Source: Candidatus Hydrogenedentota bacterium
Lineage (GTDB): Bacteria > Hydrogenedentota > Hydrogenedentia > Hydrogenedentales > JAEUWI01
Length of the DNA: 18,934 nucleotides
Assembly: GCA_034669905.1 (NCBI GenBank)
Contig: JAXMOL010000080.1
Coordinates: 1-18,934 of the forward strand
Reading direction: 5' to 3'
In this document: positions 7,431-16,685 of the stretch, in pieces
How the letters are laid out: the number at the start of each line of letters is the position of its first letter
Numbering within the stretch: position 1 is the stretch's first letter
The notes under the pieces: model-generated
Told to the model about the DNA's origin: nothing
Seen by the model: the letters and a program-made list of their open reading frames with translations, nothing else
Databases searched by the model: none
Translations under genes and position numbers: made by a program

Positions 7431-9449
7431 CTACTTGGCGTCCACCGTCAGGCGATAGGTTCGCACGGCAAAGGCGGGCAGCGTCGTCTGAAAGTCCTCT
7501 TCCATCGTGACGGGCCGGTCTTCCTCCAGGGAATGGGCCGTGCTCACCGACGAGTTCCACGCGATGTGGACCGCCTGCTCCTTGAGGTCAGGGTTGATGA
7601 GGAAGAGGTAGGTGGCCCCGTCGTATTCCCGGGTGAAGTGAAGGATGCCCTCGCCTGAAACCGTGCCGATAGCAGGCCCTTCGGGTGCGAGGAAAATGGG
7701 GGAGCGGTCCCGTAGTTCGCCTGCGATGCGTTTGAGGTTGGCCCAGTGCTCCGGGTATTCCTTCAGATAAGTGGCAGAGGAATGGTAGGCGTAAAAGAGG
7801 ACGCCCTGTTGGCCCGCTGCGATGGAGAGGTAGGCGATACAGCGCTCTTCCTCATAGGAGGGCACGCGTCCGTCCGCACGATTTTCCTTGTCAAACTCGT
7901 CTTCATATTTGAAAGCCTGCAGGACCGATGCCGCCGTCGTGGGCGTAAGGGCTGCCCGCGCGTCCTCCTGATTTTTGTGGAGGATTTCACCGAGGGCGTG
8001 TTGAGGCTTCAAGGGCGTGCGCAGGGTGTAGGGATCGGGGAGCAGGAGGTCCACGGCATTGATATAGTTCGCGCTATCGCGGACCACCATGGCCACCGGG
8101 CGGGCGGGGTCGATGGCGCGCATCCAGTCATACATGACCCGCGCCTTGACGGGACTCCATCCGCTCATGTCGCCTTCGTCTTTCAGGAGCCACCCGATGA
8201 CCGACGGGTGGCGGGTAAAGCTGCGCATCTGTGCTTCCACCGCCGTTTTGTGGAGGCCTTCGACGCCCGTCATTTGGACGAGGACCCACAAGCCGTGTTG
8301 GTCGGCCAGGTCGAGGTAGGCGTTGACCTGTTTGTCCCGGCCGCTGGCGGTGCCGTAGTTCTGGATGGTGTTGAATCCGGCCTCAGCGAGTTCGCGAAAG
8401 AGGGGCGCGCAACTCGCCACATTGGCATCGGTCATGTAGGAGTTTTCTTCCAGGTCCGTGCGTTCTTCCATCACCGCGTAAAGGCCGATGAGGAAGCGCG
8501 GTACACCATCGATAAGGAGCTTTCCTTCGGGTGAGATGGTGACCCGGTGGGGCGCATCCACGGGCACGATGGGCTCGGGCACTTCCACCGGGACCGCCGC
8601 CGCGCCTTCGGGAACGACGAAGTGCTCAGAACTCCCATAGCGTGCCGTGTCGGGGTTCACCAGGGCGGCACTGGCAATGGCGACACGCCAATACCAGGAG
8701 CCGGGTTCCAGGGGGGGATCCACGCGCCAGTGGTCCGTATCCAGGAGGGGGCCAACGCGGTGGGTTTGTGCCGCGGGGAAGTCGGGGGAGGAGCTGAGTT
8801 GAAGGGCGAAACTCGCGTCCGCCGGGGCCTGCCAGCGGAGGACCGGGTTGGATTCCGCTACTTCGTGGCCATCAATGGGGGCAAGGGCCGTCGCTTCCAC
8901 CGCCACAATCTGAAAGTTGCGGTACCAGACTTTTTTCGAATCATGATAGTGCACGATATCAAAGGGGATGTCGCCTGCCAGGGCACCCGAGTTGACCTGG
9001 ATGGAATAGCGGTCCCAAATCCGGGGTTGGTCGCTGTTGGGCACCGGCAATTCACGGCCAAAGATATGGCAGCGCGTCACGCCGCCCTGGTCGGTCAAGG
9101 TGTCATACATGCGGTCAAAGGAAACCCGGTAATCGGTGTTGGGCAGAATGCCCGCCATGGTGGTCTTCCAGATATACCATCCCCTGCCCGGTGTCGGCGT
9201 TGAATCCAGGAACAAGGCCCAGTGGCCGTCGGCCGTTTGTTCATAGCCCGCGCGGGCACCGCCATGTTCCCAATGCGAGTGCGCATCGCCCGCGCTTCCG
9301 TCTATGGGATTCAGAAAGTGAGCGGTAGGTGGGGTGACGTTATTTTCCTGGGCGCAAATGGGGATGGGGGACATGGCGACGGCGAGGAGGGCCAGGGCGA
9401 GCGTCCACGTGGCGGGCATATGGAAGACCGTAGGTGCGTGTTTTTTCAT
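7431..9449 (-). CDS. Secreted carbohydrate-active-like protein (N-terminal beta-sandwich/CBM-like region, C-terminal TIM-barrel glycoside-hydrolase-like domain); family unassigned
   Basis: Signal-peptide-like MKKH...LALALLAVAMSPIPICA. LLIDGVPRFLIGLY, AGFNTI, HPSVIGWLLKDE and IDPARPV resemble clan GH-A barrels. Start set at ATG 9449; 9419 is also possible and 9641 is probably too long. Confidence 0.6.
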   Translation of the reverse strand: MKKHAPTVFHMPATWTLALALLAVAMSPIPICAQENNVTPPTAHFLNPIDGSAGDAHSHWEHGGARAGYEQTADGHWALFLDSTPTPGRGWYIWKTTMAGILPNTDYRVSFDRMYDTLTDQGGVTRCHIFGRELPVPNSDQPRIWDRYSIQVNSGALAGDIPFDIVHYHDSKKVWYRNFQIVAVEATALAPIDGHEVAESNPVLRWQAPADASFALQLSSSPDFPAAQTHRVGPLLDTDHWRVDPPLEPGSWYWRVAIASAALVNPDTARYGSSEHFVVPEGAAAVPVEVPEPIVPVDAPHRVTISPEGKLLIDGVPRFLIGLYAVMEERTDLEENSYMTDANVASCAPLFRELAEAGFNTIQNYGTASGRDKQVNAYLDLADQHGLWVLVQMTGVEGLHKTAVEAQMRSFTRHPSVIGWLLKDEGDMSGWSPVKARVMYDWMRAIDPARPVAMVVRDSANYINAVDLLLPDPYTLRTPLKPQHALGEILHKNQEDARAALTPTTAASVLQAFKYEDEFDKENRADGRVPSYEEERCIAYLSIAAGQQGVLFYAYHSSATYLKEYPEHWANLKRIAGELRDRSPIFLAPEGPAIGTVSGEGILHFTREYDGATYLFLINPDLKEQAVHIAWNSSVSTAHSLEEDRPVTMEEDFQTTLPAFAVRTYRLTVDAK

Positions 9450-9657
9450 GAGGGAATGACTCGTTTGTTTGTTGGGTGCCGTTTGGGTAAATGGGGCGTC
9501 GTGTTGGCCAGAAGGATGGGTTGCAGTAGAGCATAGCGCCATCGTTGATGCAAAAAGTTTGGCGCGGGGTGCCCATTCTTCAGGAGCTTGGACACTTGAA
9601 GAAAAAACGCCCTGCACGGTGTTCGTGCAGGGCGCTGTCATTCACGTGTGCCTGGCG

Positions 9658-10617
9658 TCAGGCGCGGAGGCCCAGGAGCTTCCGGGCGTTGTCGCGGAAG
9701 AACTTGGCCTGCACGTCTTCGGGGAGGTCGAAGGAGTCGAAGAGCTCAAATTGGGGAACGACCTGCTCGGGCATCAAATAGTCCGTACCAAAGAGGAGGC
9801 GGTCAACGTATTTCAGGCAGAAGGCACGCCCATGTTCCGGGTCCCGGCTGAAGGCGTTGGCGCCACTTCCGGCAGAGACGTCGGCGTAGATGTTGGGGTA
9901 GGTGTCAAAGAGACGGCCCATGGCCCCGCCGGGGAGCACCTTGCCTTTGGGATATTGTTGCAGGTTGGCCTGTTCCAGTCCGCCACTGATGGAGGCCCAC
10001 CAACCCTGGGCATGGCCGATGAAGGTCGCTTCAGGGACTTCTTTCAACACCTTCTCTAATCCGGGCAGTCCGGGTTTGTCGGTGTTGCGCTGGTTGTCGA
10101 GGTGAAACAGCACGGGGAAGCCCACTTCGGCGCAGGCCCGAAAGAGGTCGAGGTTGCGGGGGTCATACATGGGGACGCCGGGTTTACTTTCGCCAAAGCC
10201 CTTGCAGCCCGCATCCTGGTACTTGCGCAAGATATCGCGCTTGCCCTGGCTGCTGAGGTTGATGGTGCGCGGGTCTACGGCGCAAAAGGGGATGAGGCGG
10301 TCGCGGTGGGCAGCGGTTTCTTTCAAGACGAAATCGGTAGTAAGGGGATGATCCCACGATTCGGGATTCACCAGTGGGAGCACGACCGCCTGGGCGATGT
10401 CGTGGGCGTCCATCCATTTGAGCAGGTCGATGGCCTCCAGCTTTTCTTTGGTGCCCCACTTCTGGCCGAGGTGGGTGTGGATGTCCACATACTTCCCCTT
10501 GGGGAAGGCGTCGGCCGTGGCCGGTTTCGCGCCGACGGTTGCCCCCAGAAGGGCGGCGCTACCTGCGAGGGCAGCCTGATGAAATTCGCGTCGGGAAATG
10601 CGTCGGGTGGTCTTCAT
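9658..10617 (-). CDS. Tat-exported amidohydrolase family protein (Amidohydro_2-like)
   Basis: Twin-arginine signal SRREF followed by a hydrophobic stretch. Motifs VDIHTH (HxH), GFGE, PVLFH, FIGHA and LLFGTDY. AAGGA RBS precedes ATG 10617. Confidence 0.85.
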   Translation of the reverse strand: MKTTRRISRREFHQAALAGSAALLGATVGAKPATADAFPKGKYVDIHTHLGQKWGTKEKLEAIDLLKWMDAHDIAQAVVLPLVNPESWDHPLTTDFVLKETAAHRDRLIPFCAVDPRTINLSSQGKRDILRKYQDAGCKGFGESKPGVPMYDPRNLDLFRACAEVGFPVLFHLDNQRNTDKPGLPGLEKVLKEVPEATFIGHAQGWWASISGGLEQANLQQYPKGKVLPGGAMGRLFDTYPNIYADVSAGSGANAFSRDPEHGRAFCLKYVDRLLFGTDYLMPEQVVPQFELFDSFDLPEDVQAKFFRDNARKLLGLRA

Positions 10618-10636
10618 GCTATCGTTCCTTTCCAAC

Positions 10637-10666
10637 AAAAAAGGGCGGGTCATGAGACCCGCCCTT
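10637..10666 (-). terminator. Rho-independent terminator-like hairpin downstream of the CxxCH protein gene
   Basis: Perfect 11-bp stem AAGGGCGGGTC (10641-10651) / GACCCGCCCTT (10656-10666) with a 4-nt loop, ending in a U-run on the minus strand. Confidence 0.7.
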
Positions 10667-10699
10667 CCGGTTAATAGACTACTCGGTTGCGGTGTCCGA

Positions 10700-13600
10700 T
10701 CAGGAGCTCAACGACAGGAGGTAAGCAATGAGATTGGACATCCCTTCCAGACTGATGGCTTCTTCCAGTCCTTCGGGCATGAGGGACAGCTCAGCACTCT
10801 CGCTCGATTCGATGTTCACGCGCAAGAGGGTGTCTTCCTCGCCATTGGCCCGGCGCACCGTGACGCTGGTAGCCGTTTCGCTGGCGATGATGCCGCTATA
10901 GGTTTCCCAGTCTTTGGTCTCGATGGTGTAGTTCACATAGGCCGGGTTGATTTCGCGGTTGGGGTCGAGCACGTTGAGGAGGATGGCCTCCGCACCACGG
11001 GCACCGATGGATGCCAGGTCCGGACCGACGGCAAAGCCCTTGCCTTTGAGCTGGTGGCACTTGCTGCACTGCTCGATGAAGAGGGCCCGGCCTTTTTCTA
11101 CGTCACCGGCAACGGTGAGTGCGGGACGGTATTTCTCCACCACCTCGTCACGGGCGGTGGGCTTGCGGGAACCCAGGAGGGCCGTGGCTTTTTCCTTGAT
11201 CGCCCCGTCGGGGTGGTTCAAGAGGAAGTGGACCCGGTTGGAGTCCAGCGCCTTGGCCGAAAGCTGCTTCGACTCGATGGCGGCCAGCGTGAGTCCCGTC
11301 CAGCCCTTGCGGGAGAAGAGGGTTTCCACGGCCTGGGCGCGGACGGTCGGGCTGTAGCTGTTGAAGTGGCTGATCAGGGTTTCCGCACCACGGTCGGCGC
11401 TGTAACTGCCCACGGCCTTGATGGCGGCAATCTGCACATCGCTGGAGCCGGGGGTTGCCAGGATTTTACCCAGCAGGGGGATGGACTCTTCCGCCGGGGC
11501 GAAGGAGAGGTTTTTGATGGCCGCGATGCGGTCGGCGGGCTTGGCATCGGCCTTCGTGGCCGTGCTGCGTGCGCTGGCGAGCATGTCTTTTAACAGGCCC
11601 TGGGCCAGCGTGCTCTGGGCCAGGACTTCCGGCGCCAGGGGCCCCTGTCCGCCGAGCTGCATGCCGTCAATAATACCGCGGACGGCCGCCTGGGCGAGTT
11701 TGGCGTCGTCACCGGTGAGGCCATCCAACTTGGCGACGGCCACAGCGAGGGTCTCTTTCGAGCCCGTGGCCCCCGCGTACTTGGCCAATTCCTGGACCAG
11801 TGCAGGCGCTTTTTCGTGTGCGCGGAATCCGGCATCGGCCAGCACAAGCTGAAGCGCTTCATCGGCACCAATATAGAGGGAACTCTTCGCGGCCAATTGA
11901 ATCCAGGGCTCATCCAGGTGCTTCACGAGCATCTGGGCCAGGGCGGCGTTGCGCTTGGAGTCCGTGGCGGCACCGAGGCTGAAGGCCAGCTGATACTGGA
12001 CCTGGGGCGTTTCGTCGGACTGGAGGGCCAGCACGGCGTCGAGCAGGGCCGGGTCGTCATTGAGGAAGGCTTCCGAAAGGCGAATCGCATGTTCACGAAC
12101 CTTGGGAGACCCGTCTTTCAGTGCAGGCAAGACGTCGGCCGACGTGAGGGCGCCGAGGCCGTCCAGGGCGTAAAGGGCGCGGATGCGGCCTTCGGGACGG
12201 TGCCCGGAAGTAACGAGCTTACGGGCCGGGGCGACGGCGTCTGGGTTCTGCTGTTCATAGATCAGGCGGGCGGCCGTTTCGCGGTGCCAGCCGTTGTCGT
12301 GATCCAGCGTGGCCACAAGGGTGGCGCTGTCGGCTTCGTGAAGCCGCGGCAGGGCGGGCTGTTTGAAGCCATCGGGGAGCACGCGATAGATACGACCCCG
12401 ATCGTGGCCACTGGTGAGGTCCAGGTGCTTTTTGATCAGCGGGGGAAGGCTCAGGGGGTGCTCGATGATTTCGCGGTACATGTCCATGACATAGAGCGTA
12501 CCGTCGGGTGCGTTCGCATACTGAACCGGGCGGAACCAGGTATCGGTGGAGCGCAGAAACTCGGTGTTCTCGTCGGCGCGGTCGGCCACCAACAGAATAT
12601 TGTCTTCATTGATGGTCTTGCGGTGAACCAACTGGCTGCCCGCGTCACCGATGAAGGCGTTGCCATAGTACTCTTCGGGCCAGGCGTTACCGCGATAGAT
12701 GGTTACGCCCGTGGCACCGGTAAAGTAGCCCGCCGGGGTGCCGCCCCCTTCCACGACGCCGGGCACAATGCCCTTGACGCGCAGGCGGGTGCGGACAATA
12801 CGCCAGGGTTCCACGGGGCTGATGCGATAGACCGTGGCGGCAGCGCCGTCGGAGGCGATGCTTTTGCGCGAGCCCGGTGCGGCGAGGTAGGGGTTACGGG
12901 CAAGGTAGTGGTCGTCAAACATGACCTGCTGGATGTGGTCACTGTTTGAGCTGACGTAGCGACGGCCCCAGGGGTCCATGCTCATGCCGTGCTGCCCACC
13001 ACCGGAGATGGGGGACAGCTTGCGGGACTTGGGCTCGATCTTGAAGTCACGGCCGCGCAACGAAAGGGCCAGGGCACCGGGGTCGTTGCCGGGCTTCACA
13101 TCGGCACCCGAGGTGCTCGTGGCACCATAGATGCGGTTATCGAGGCCCCATTTCAGGGTGTTCATCAGGCCTTGGACGTTTTTCAGGCTGAAGCCCGTGT
13201 AGACGACTTCCTGGTGATCGGCAACGCCGTCTCCAGTCGTGTCTTTACAGTAAAGAATGTCGGGCGGAACGCCAACGAAGATACCGCCGTCGTAGCAGGT
13301 CACGGCCGTGGGCCACGCGAGGTTATCGACATAGACAGAGCGCTTGTCGAAGTGGCCGTCGCCGTCCGTGTCTTCCAACAGGGCGATGACCCCGGCGTTG
13401 TCCTCATATTGTTCTGAGTAGCCGGTCATTTCGACCACGAACATGCGCCCCTGTTCATCAAAGGCCAGGGCGATGGGGTCGGTTACGAGGGGCTCGGCGG
13501 CCACCTGATCGACGGTGAAACCATCCAGAACTTCGAAGGAGCCCAGGGCATCCTTTGGTTCCAGGGCTTCAAAGCGGGGCAATTCGGCAGCGTAATCCCG

Positions 13601-13723
13601 CTCCAGACTGTCCTCGATTTCATCCTGGGCTACACTGGAGGTCACGCCGACGGCGAGGGTGAGGCTGCTCAGTGCGATGCGATGTCCCAAACGGACATAG
13701 CGATTCCACGGCTTCATATTCAT
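10700..13723 (-). CDS. PVC-type heme-binding CxxCH protein (glucose/sorbosone dehydrogenase-like beta-propeller, HEAT-like repeats, C-terminal cytochrome c)
   Basis: Signal peptide; AAEPLVTDPIALAFDEQGR, LEDTDGDG, WFRPV...APDGTLYVMDMYR and RGRIYR propeller motifs; helical repeats; CSKCH, VGPDL and SLMPEGL in the cytochrome domain. AAGGAG lies just before the ATG. Confidence 0.9.
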   Translation of the reverse strand: MNMKPWNRYVRLGHRIALSSLTLAVGVTSSVAQDEIEDSLERDYAAELPRFEALEPKDALGSFEVLDGFTVDQVAAEPLVTDPIALAFDEQGRMFVVEMTGYSEQYEDNAGVIALLEDTDGDGHFDKRSVYVDNLAWPTAVTCYDGGIFVGVPPDILYCKDTTGDGVADHQEVVYTGFSLKNVQGLMNTLKWGLDNRIYGATSTSGADVKPGNDPGALALSLRGRDFKIEPKSRKLSPISGGGQHGMSMDPWGRRYVSSNSDHIQQVMFDDHYLARNPYLAAPGSRKSIASDGAAATVYRISPVEPWRIVRTRLRVKGIVPGVVEGGGTPAGYFTGATGVTIYRGNAWPEEYYGNAFIGDAGSQLVHRKTINEDNILLVADRADENTEFLRSTDTWFRPVQYANAPDGTLYVMDMYREIIEHPLSLPPLIKKHLDLTSGHDRGRIYRVLPDGFKQPALPRLHEADSATLVATLDHDNGWHRETAARLIYEQQNPDAVAPARKLVTSGHRPEGRIRALYALDGLGALTSADVLPALKDGSPKVREHAIRLSEAFLNDDPALLDAVLALQSDETPQVQYQLAFSLGAATDSKRNAALAQMLVKHLDEPWIQLAAKSSLYIGADEALQLVLADAGFRAHEKAPALVQELAKYAGATGSKETLAVAVAKLDGLTGDDAKLAQAAVRGIIDGMQLGGQGPLAPEVLAQSTLAQGLLKDMLASARSTATKADAKPADRIAAIKNLSFAPAEESIPLLGKILATPGSSDVQIAAIKAVGSYSADRGAETLISHFNSYSPTVRAQAVETLFSRKGWTGLTLAAIESKQLSAKALDSNRVHFLLNHPDGAIKEKATALLGSRKPTARDEVVEKYRPALTVAGDVEKGRALFIEQCSKCHQLKGKGFAVGPDLASIGARGAEAILLNVLDPNREINPAYVNYTIETKDWETYSGIIASETATSVTVRRANGEEDTLLRVNIESSESAELSLMPEGLEEAISLEGMSNLIAYLLSLSS

Positions 13724-13948
13724 ACTCCTTCGATCAGTTTAAGGTGTCTCGTCGGGGATGCTGAGACACGTGTTGGGGCGTGCACCCCGTGGAAAACCAC
13801 ATTTGAGACGGAATCACGGCAAAATCTTATTTCCGTAACGAAAGCGATAGTATCCAAGTTGAACCCCATGGATTGCAAACCCGTACTGCCGATGAATAAA
13901 TTGCTCCGCCTGCTCGTCCTGATCCCTGTTGGCGACGGAGGGGATGGT

Positions 13949-13977
13949 TTGAAGGACAGGCCGTATTTTGCTATTGT
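13949..13977 (+). promoter_or_regulatory. Candidate sigma70 promoter for the oxidase operon
   Basis: TTGAAG (13949-13954), 17-nt spacer, TATTGT (13972-13977) with an extended TGn element, in the divergent intergenic region. Confidence 0.4.
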
Positions 13978-14132
13978 TAGAGGCTGATTGTGAACACCTG
14001 CAATTTGCGGCTGCGGTGTTCCCAACCCAGCCTCAGCTGATGCCGCCCACAACGGGCCGTGTCGATTACTGTTGGTCCTGTTGCTCTGCAACGCAATCGG
14101 ACCGTCGGATTTCAATCAGGAGTATGAACGGT

Positions 14133-14846
14133 ATGAATTGTTTCCTGCGCAATGCGATGTTAGCCGCCGCGGTGGTGGCCACCAGCGGCGTCTTTGCGGG
14201 CTCCATCACGGGCAAGATTGTCTATGAAGGGGCCATCCCAGCGGCGCTCTCAAAGCCGATTGACACCAGTGGTGACCCGGCCTGTGCCGCCCACGCGGGT
14301 GACAACCCGCCGGTGAATGAAGTGTTGGTGTTGGGTGAAGGCCAGACCATGGCCAATATCGTGGTCAAGGTCATCAAGGGCCTTCCCGAAGGCAAAACCT
14401 GGCCCGCGCCTGCCGAGCCGGCCATCATGACCCAGGCCGGCTGCCGCTATTCGCCCCACGTGACGGCACTGCAGCTGGGCCAGACCCTCAAGGTGCTTAA
14501 CCCGGACGGTATTCTGCACAACGTGAATTGCCAGCCCAAGATTAACCGGCCGATGAACAAAGCCATGCCGAAGAATCTGAAGGAACTGGAATTCAACTTT
14601 GACAAGGCGGAAGAACCCTTCCGCTTCAAGTGCGACGTCCACCCCTGGATGATGGCCTTCTGCACGGTCATTGAGCACCCCTTCTTCGACGTGACCGAAA
14701 AAGACGGTATCTTCACCATCGATGGCCTCGATCCCGGTGAATATGAAATCGAAGCCTGGCACGAGCGTCTGGGCAAGCAGACGGCCACGGTGACCGTCAC
14801 GGCCGATGAACCCGGCAAAGCCGACTTTACCTTCAAACGTCCATAG
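14133..14846 (+). CDS. Exported cupredoxin-like (type-1 copper) protein with a C-terminal carboxypeptidase-regulatory-like beta-sandwich
   Basis: Signal peptide ending VFA. ILHNV plus KCDVHPWM gives a His...Cys-x2-His-x2-Met ligand set. C-terminal GIFTIDGLDPGEYEIEAWHE. AGGAG lies 10 nt before ATG 14133. Confidence 0.75.
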   Translation: MNCFLRNAMLAAAVVATSGVFAGSITGKIVYEGAIPAALSKPIDTSGDPACAAHAGDNPPVNEVLVLGEGQTMANIVVKVIKGLPEGKTWPAPAEPAIMTQAGCRYSPHVTALQLGQTLKVLNPDGILHNVNCQPKINRPMNKAMPKNLKELEFNFDKAEEPFRFKCDVHPWMMAFCTVIEHPFFDVTEKDGIFTIDGLDPGEYEIEAWHERLGKQTATVTVTADEPGKADFTFKRP

Positions 14847-14871
14847 CATTTAAAACCAGAGCTTGTTTCCT

Positions 14872-14909
14872 GCGGTTGCCGGGGCAGAATTGTCTGTCCC
14901 GGCAACCGC
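14872..14909. repeat. Strong intergenic inverted repeat (17-bp stem)
   Basis: GCGGTTGCCGGGGCAGA (14872-14888) / TCTGTCCCGGCAACCGC (14893-14909), one G-U pair, 4-nt loop, no U tract. Confidence 0.75.
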
Positions 14910-14942
14910 CGCGTTACATACTCCGGGGGATAGTACCCTTCC

Positions 14943-16685
14943 ATGAATCCGTCACAAGGGAATAGCAACGCGCGGGGGGGCTTCGCGCGTTTTTTTACAT
15001 CTACTGATCACAAGGTCGTCGCCATTCAATATGTGGTGACCGCGCTGATCATGCTCTTCGTCGGCTTTTTGTTCATGCTGCTTATGCGCTGGCAACTCGC
15101 CTACCCCTATCAGTCTTTGCCGTTTATCGGCAGTTGGTTCGCCGACGATCACCCCACCATGCCCGGTGGAGTGATAACGGCCAACTTTTACAACCAATTG
15201 GGTGCCATGCACGGCACCATCATGATTTTCCTGGCCGTGGTGCCCCTCGTGGCCGGTGGCTTTGGCACCTACCTCGTACCCCTCATGATCGGCGCCAGGG
15301 GACTCGCCTTTCCGCGACTGAGCAAACTGGGCTACTGGTGTTATCTCGGCGGCACGCTCATCCTGTTGGGAAGTTTCTTCCTGCCCGGTGGGGCCGCCAA
15401 CTCCGGTTGGACCGCCTACGCGCCCCTTTCTATCATTGAGAATGCGGGTCAGACCACCTGGCTCATCGGCGTGGCCTTTGTCTATCTTTCTTCGCTGATG
15501 CTGAGCATCAATATCCTCACGACCATCGTGCAGCTCCGCACCGAAGGGCTGGGCTTCATGCGAATGCCCTACTTCGTGTGGAGCCAACTGGTGACCAGCC
15601 TACTGCTCCTGCTGGCCTTTCCTCCCCTCGCGGCGGCAGCGGCTATGCAGTTGATGGACCGGGTCGTGGGCACAAGCTTTTTCCTGCCCAGTGGCCTCGT
15701 CGTCAGCGGTGAGGCCCTGGACGTGAGTGGTGGCGGCAGCGCCCTCCTGTGGCAGCACCTCTTCTGGTTCCTCGGTCACCCGGAGGTATACGTACTCCTG
15801 TTGCCGGCATTCGGCATCGTGGCGGAGGTTATCGCCAACAACACCCGCAAGCCCCTCTTTGGCTACCGGGGCATGGTACACGCCACCCTCTTCCTGGGGC
15901 TCATGTCCATGCTCGTCTGGGCGCACCATATGTTCCTCACGGGAATGGGCACGGCCATGAGCGAGTTTTTCCAGATGACTACCATCATCATCTCGCTTCC
16001 GTCGGTCATTGTGGCCTCTTCGCTGGTGGTATCCCTTTGGGGTGGCTCCATTCGCTTTACCGTGCCCATGCTCTACGCACTGGCCTTCCTGCCCATGTTT
16101 GCCATCGGCGGATTGACCGGATTGCCCCTGGCCATGTCGGCCACCAATATCATGTTGCACGACACGTATTATGTGATTGGTCACTTCCACTACGTGGTGG
16201 CGCCGGGTATTCTCTTTGCCGTGTTCGCGGGTATCTATTACTGGTTCCCCAAGGTGACGGGTCGGAAGATGAACGACCTGCTCGGTAAGCTTCACTTCTG
16301 GCCGACGCTCATCTGTATGAACGGGATCTTTTCCCATCTCATCCTGCAGGGCTTCGCCGGGGTTTCCCGCCGCCTCTATGATGGGGGCGAGACCTATGCC
16401 CACGGCCTGGAAGTCTTCAGCCTGAATTCCGCTGCGACCTGGGCCGCCTTTGGCCTGCTCGTGGTGCAGATTTTCTTTATTATTAACTTTTTCTACAGTA
16501 TGAAATGGGGGCAGAAAGTCGACAGCAATCCCTGGGAGGCCACCTCCCTGGAGTGGGCGGCACCTTCCCCGCCCTTACCCGATGTGAATTTCGAGACGCC
16601 CCCCGTGGCCTATCGCGATGCCATGACCTACAGTGAATCGGGGGCCGAAAAAGACTATACGCCCCAGTGGGAGGCCTCCTCATGA
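14943..16685 (+). CDS. ctaD: Heme-copper (cytochrome c) oxidase subunit I, A-family fold, divergent
   Basis: TSTDHK, AMHGTIM, GWTAY, WFLGHPEVY, WAHHM, LHDTYYVIGHFHY, SRR and NPWEATSLEW. All six His ligands and the cross-linking Tyr are present. Confidence 0.95.
   Translation: MNPSQGNSNARGGFARFFTSTDHKVVAIQYVVTALIMLFVGFLFMLLMRWQLAYPYQSLPFIGSWFADDHPTMPGGVITANFYNQLGAMHGTIMIFLAVVPLVAGGFGTYLVPLMIGARGLAFPRLSKLGYWCYLGGTLILLGSFFLPGGAANSGWTAYAPLSIIENAGQTTWLIGVAFVYLSSLMLSINILTTIVQLRTEGLGFMRMPYFVWSQLVTSLLLLLAFPPLAAAAAMQLMDRVVGTSFFLPSGLVVSGEALDVSGGGSALLWQHLFWFLGHPEVYVLLLPAFGIVAEVIANNTRKPLFGYRGMVHATLFLGLMSMLVWAHHMFLTGMGTAMSEFFQMTTIIISLPSVIVASSLVVSLWGGSIRFTVPMLYALAFLPMFAIGGLTGLPLAMSATNIMLHDTYYVIGHFHYVVAPGILFAVFAGIYYWFPKVTGRKMNDLLGKLHFWPTLICMNGIFSHLILQGFAGVSRRLYDGGETYAHGLEVFSLNSAATWAAFGLLVVQIFFIINFFYSMKWGQKVDSNPWEATSLEWAAPSPPLPDVNFETPPVAYRDAMTYSESGAEKDYTPQWEASS

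Noticed and set aside
9450..9641. N-terminal ORF extensions (9641, and likewise 10653, 13968, 16667, 17200)
   Set aside because: Downstream starts fit signal peptides, RBS position or translational coupling better.
13988..14005. Rex/FNR-like operator TTGTGAA upstream of the oxidase operon
   Set aside because: Only a half-site is present, with no matching palindromic half.
5664..16403. Long antisense ORFs (e.g. 5664-6524, 7746-8534, 10598-11593, 11816-12949, 15600-16403)
   Set aside because: They are shadow frames of GC-rich genes on the opposite strand and have no recognisable motifs.
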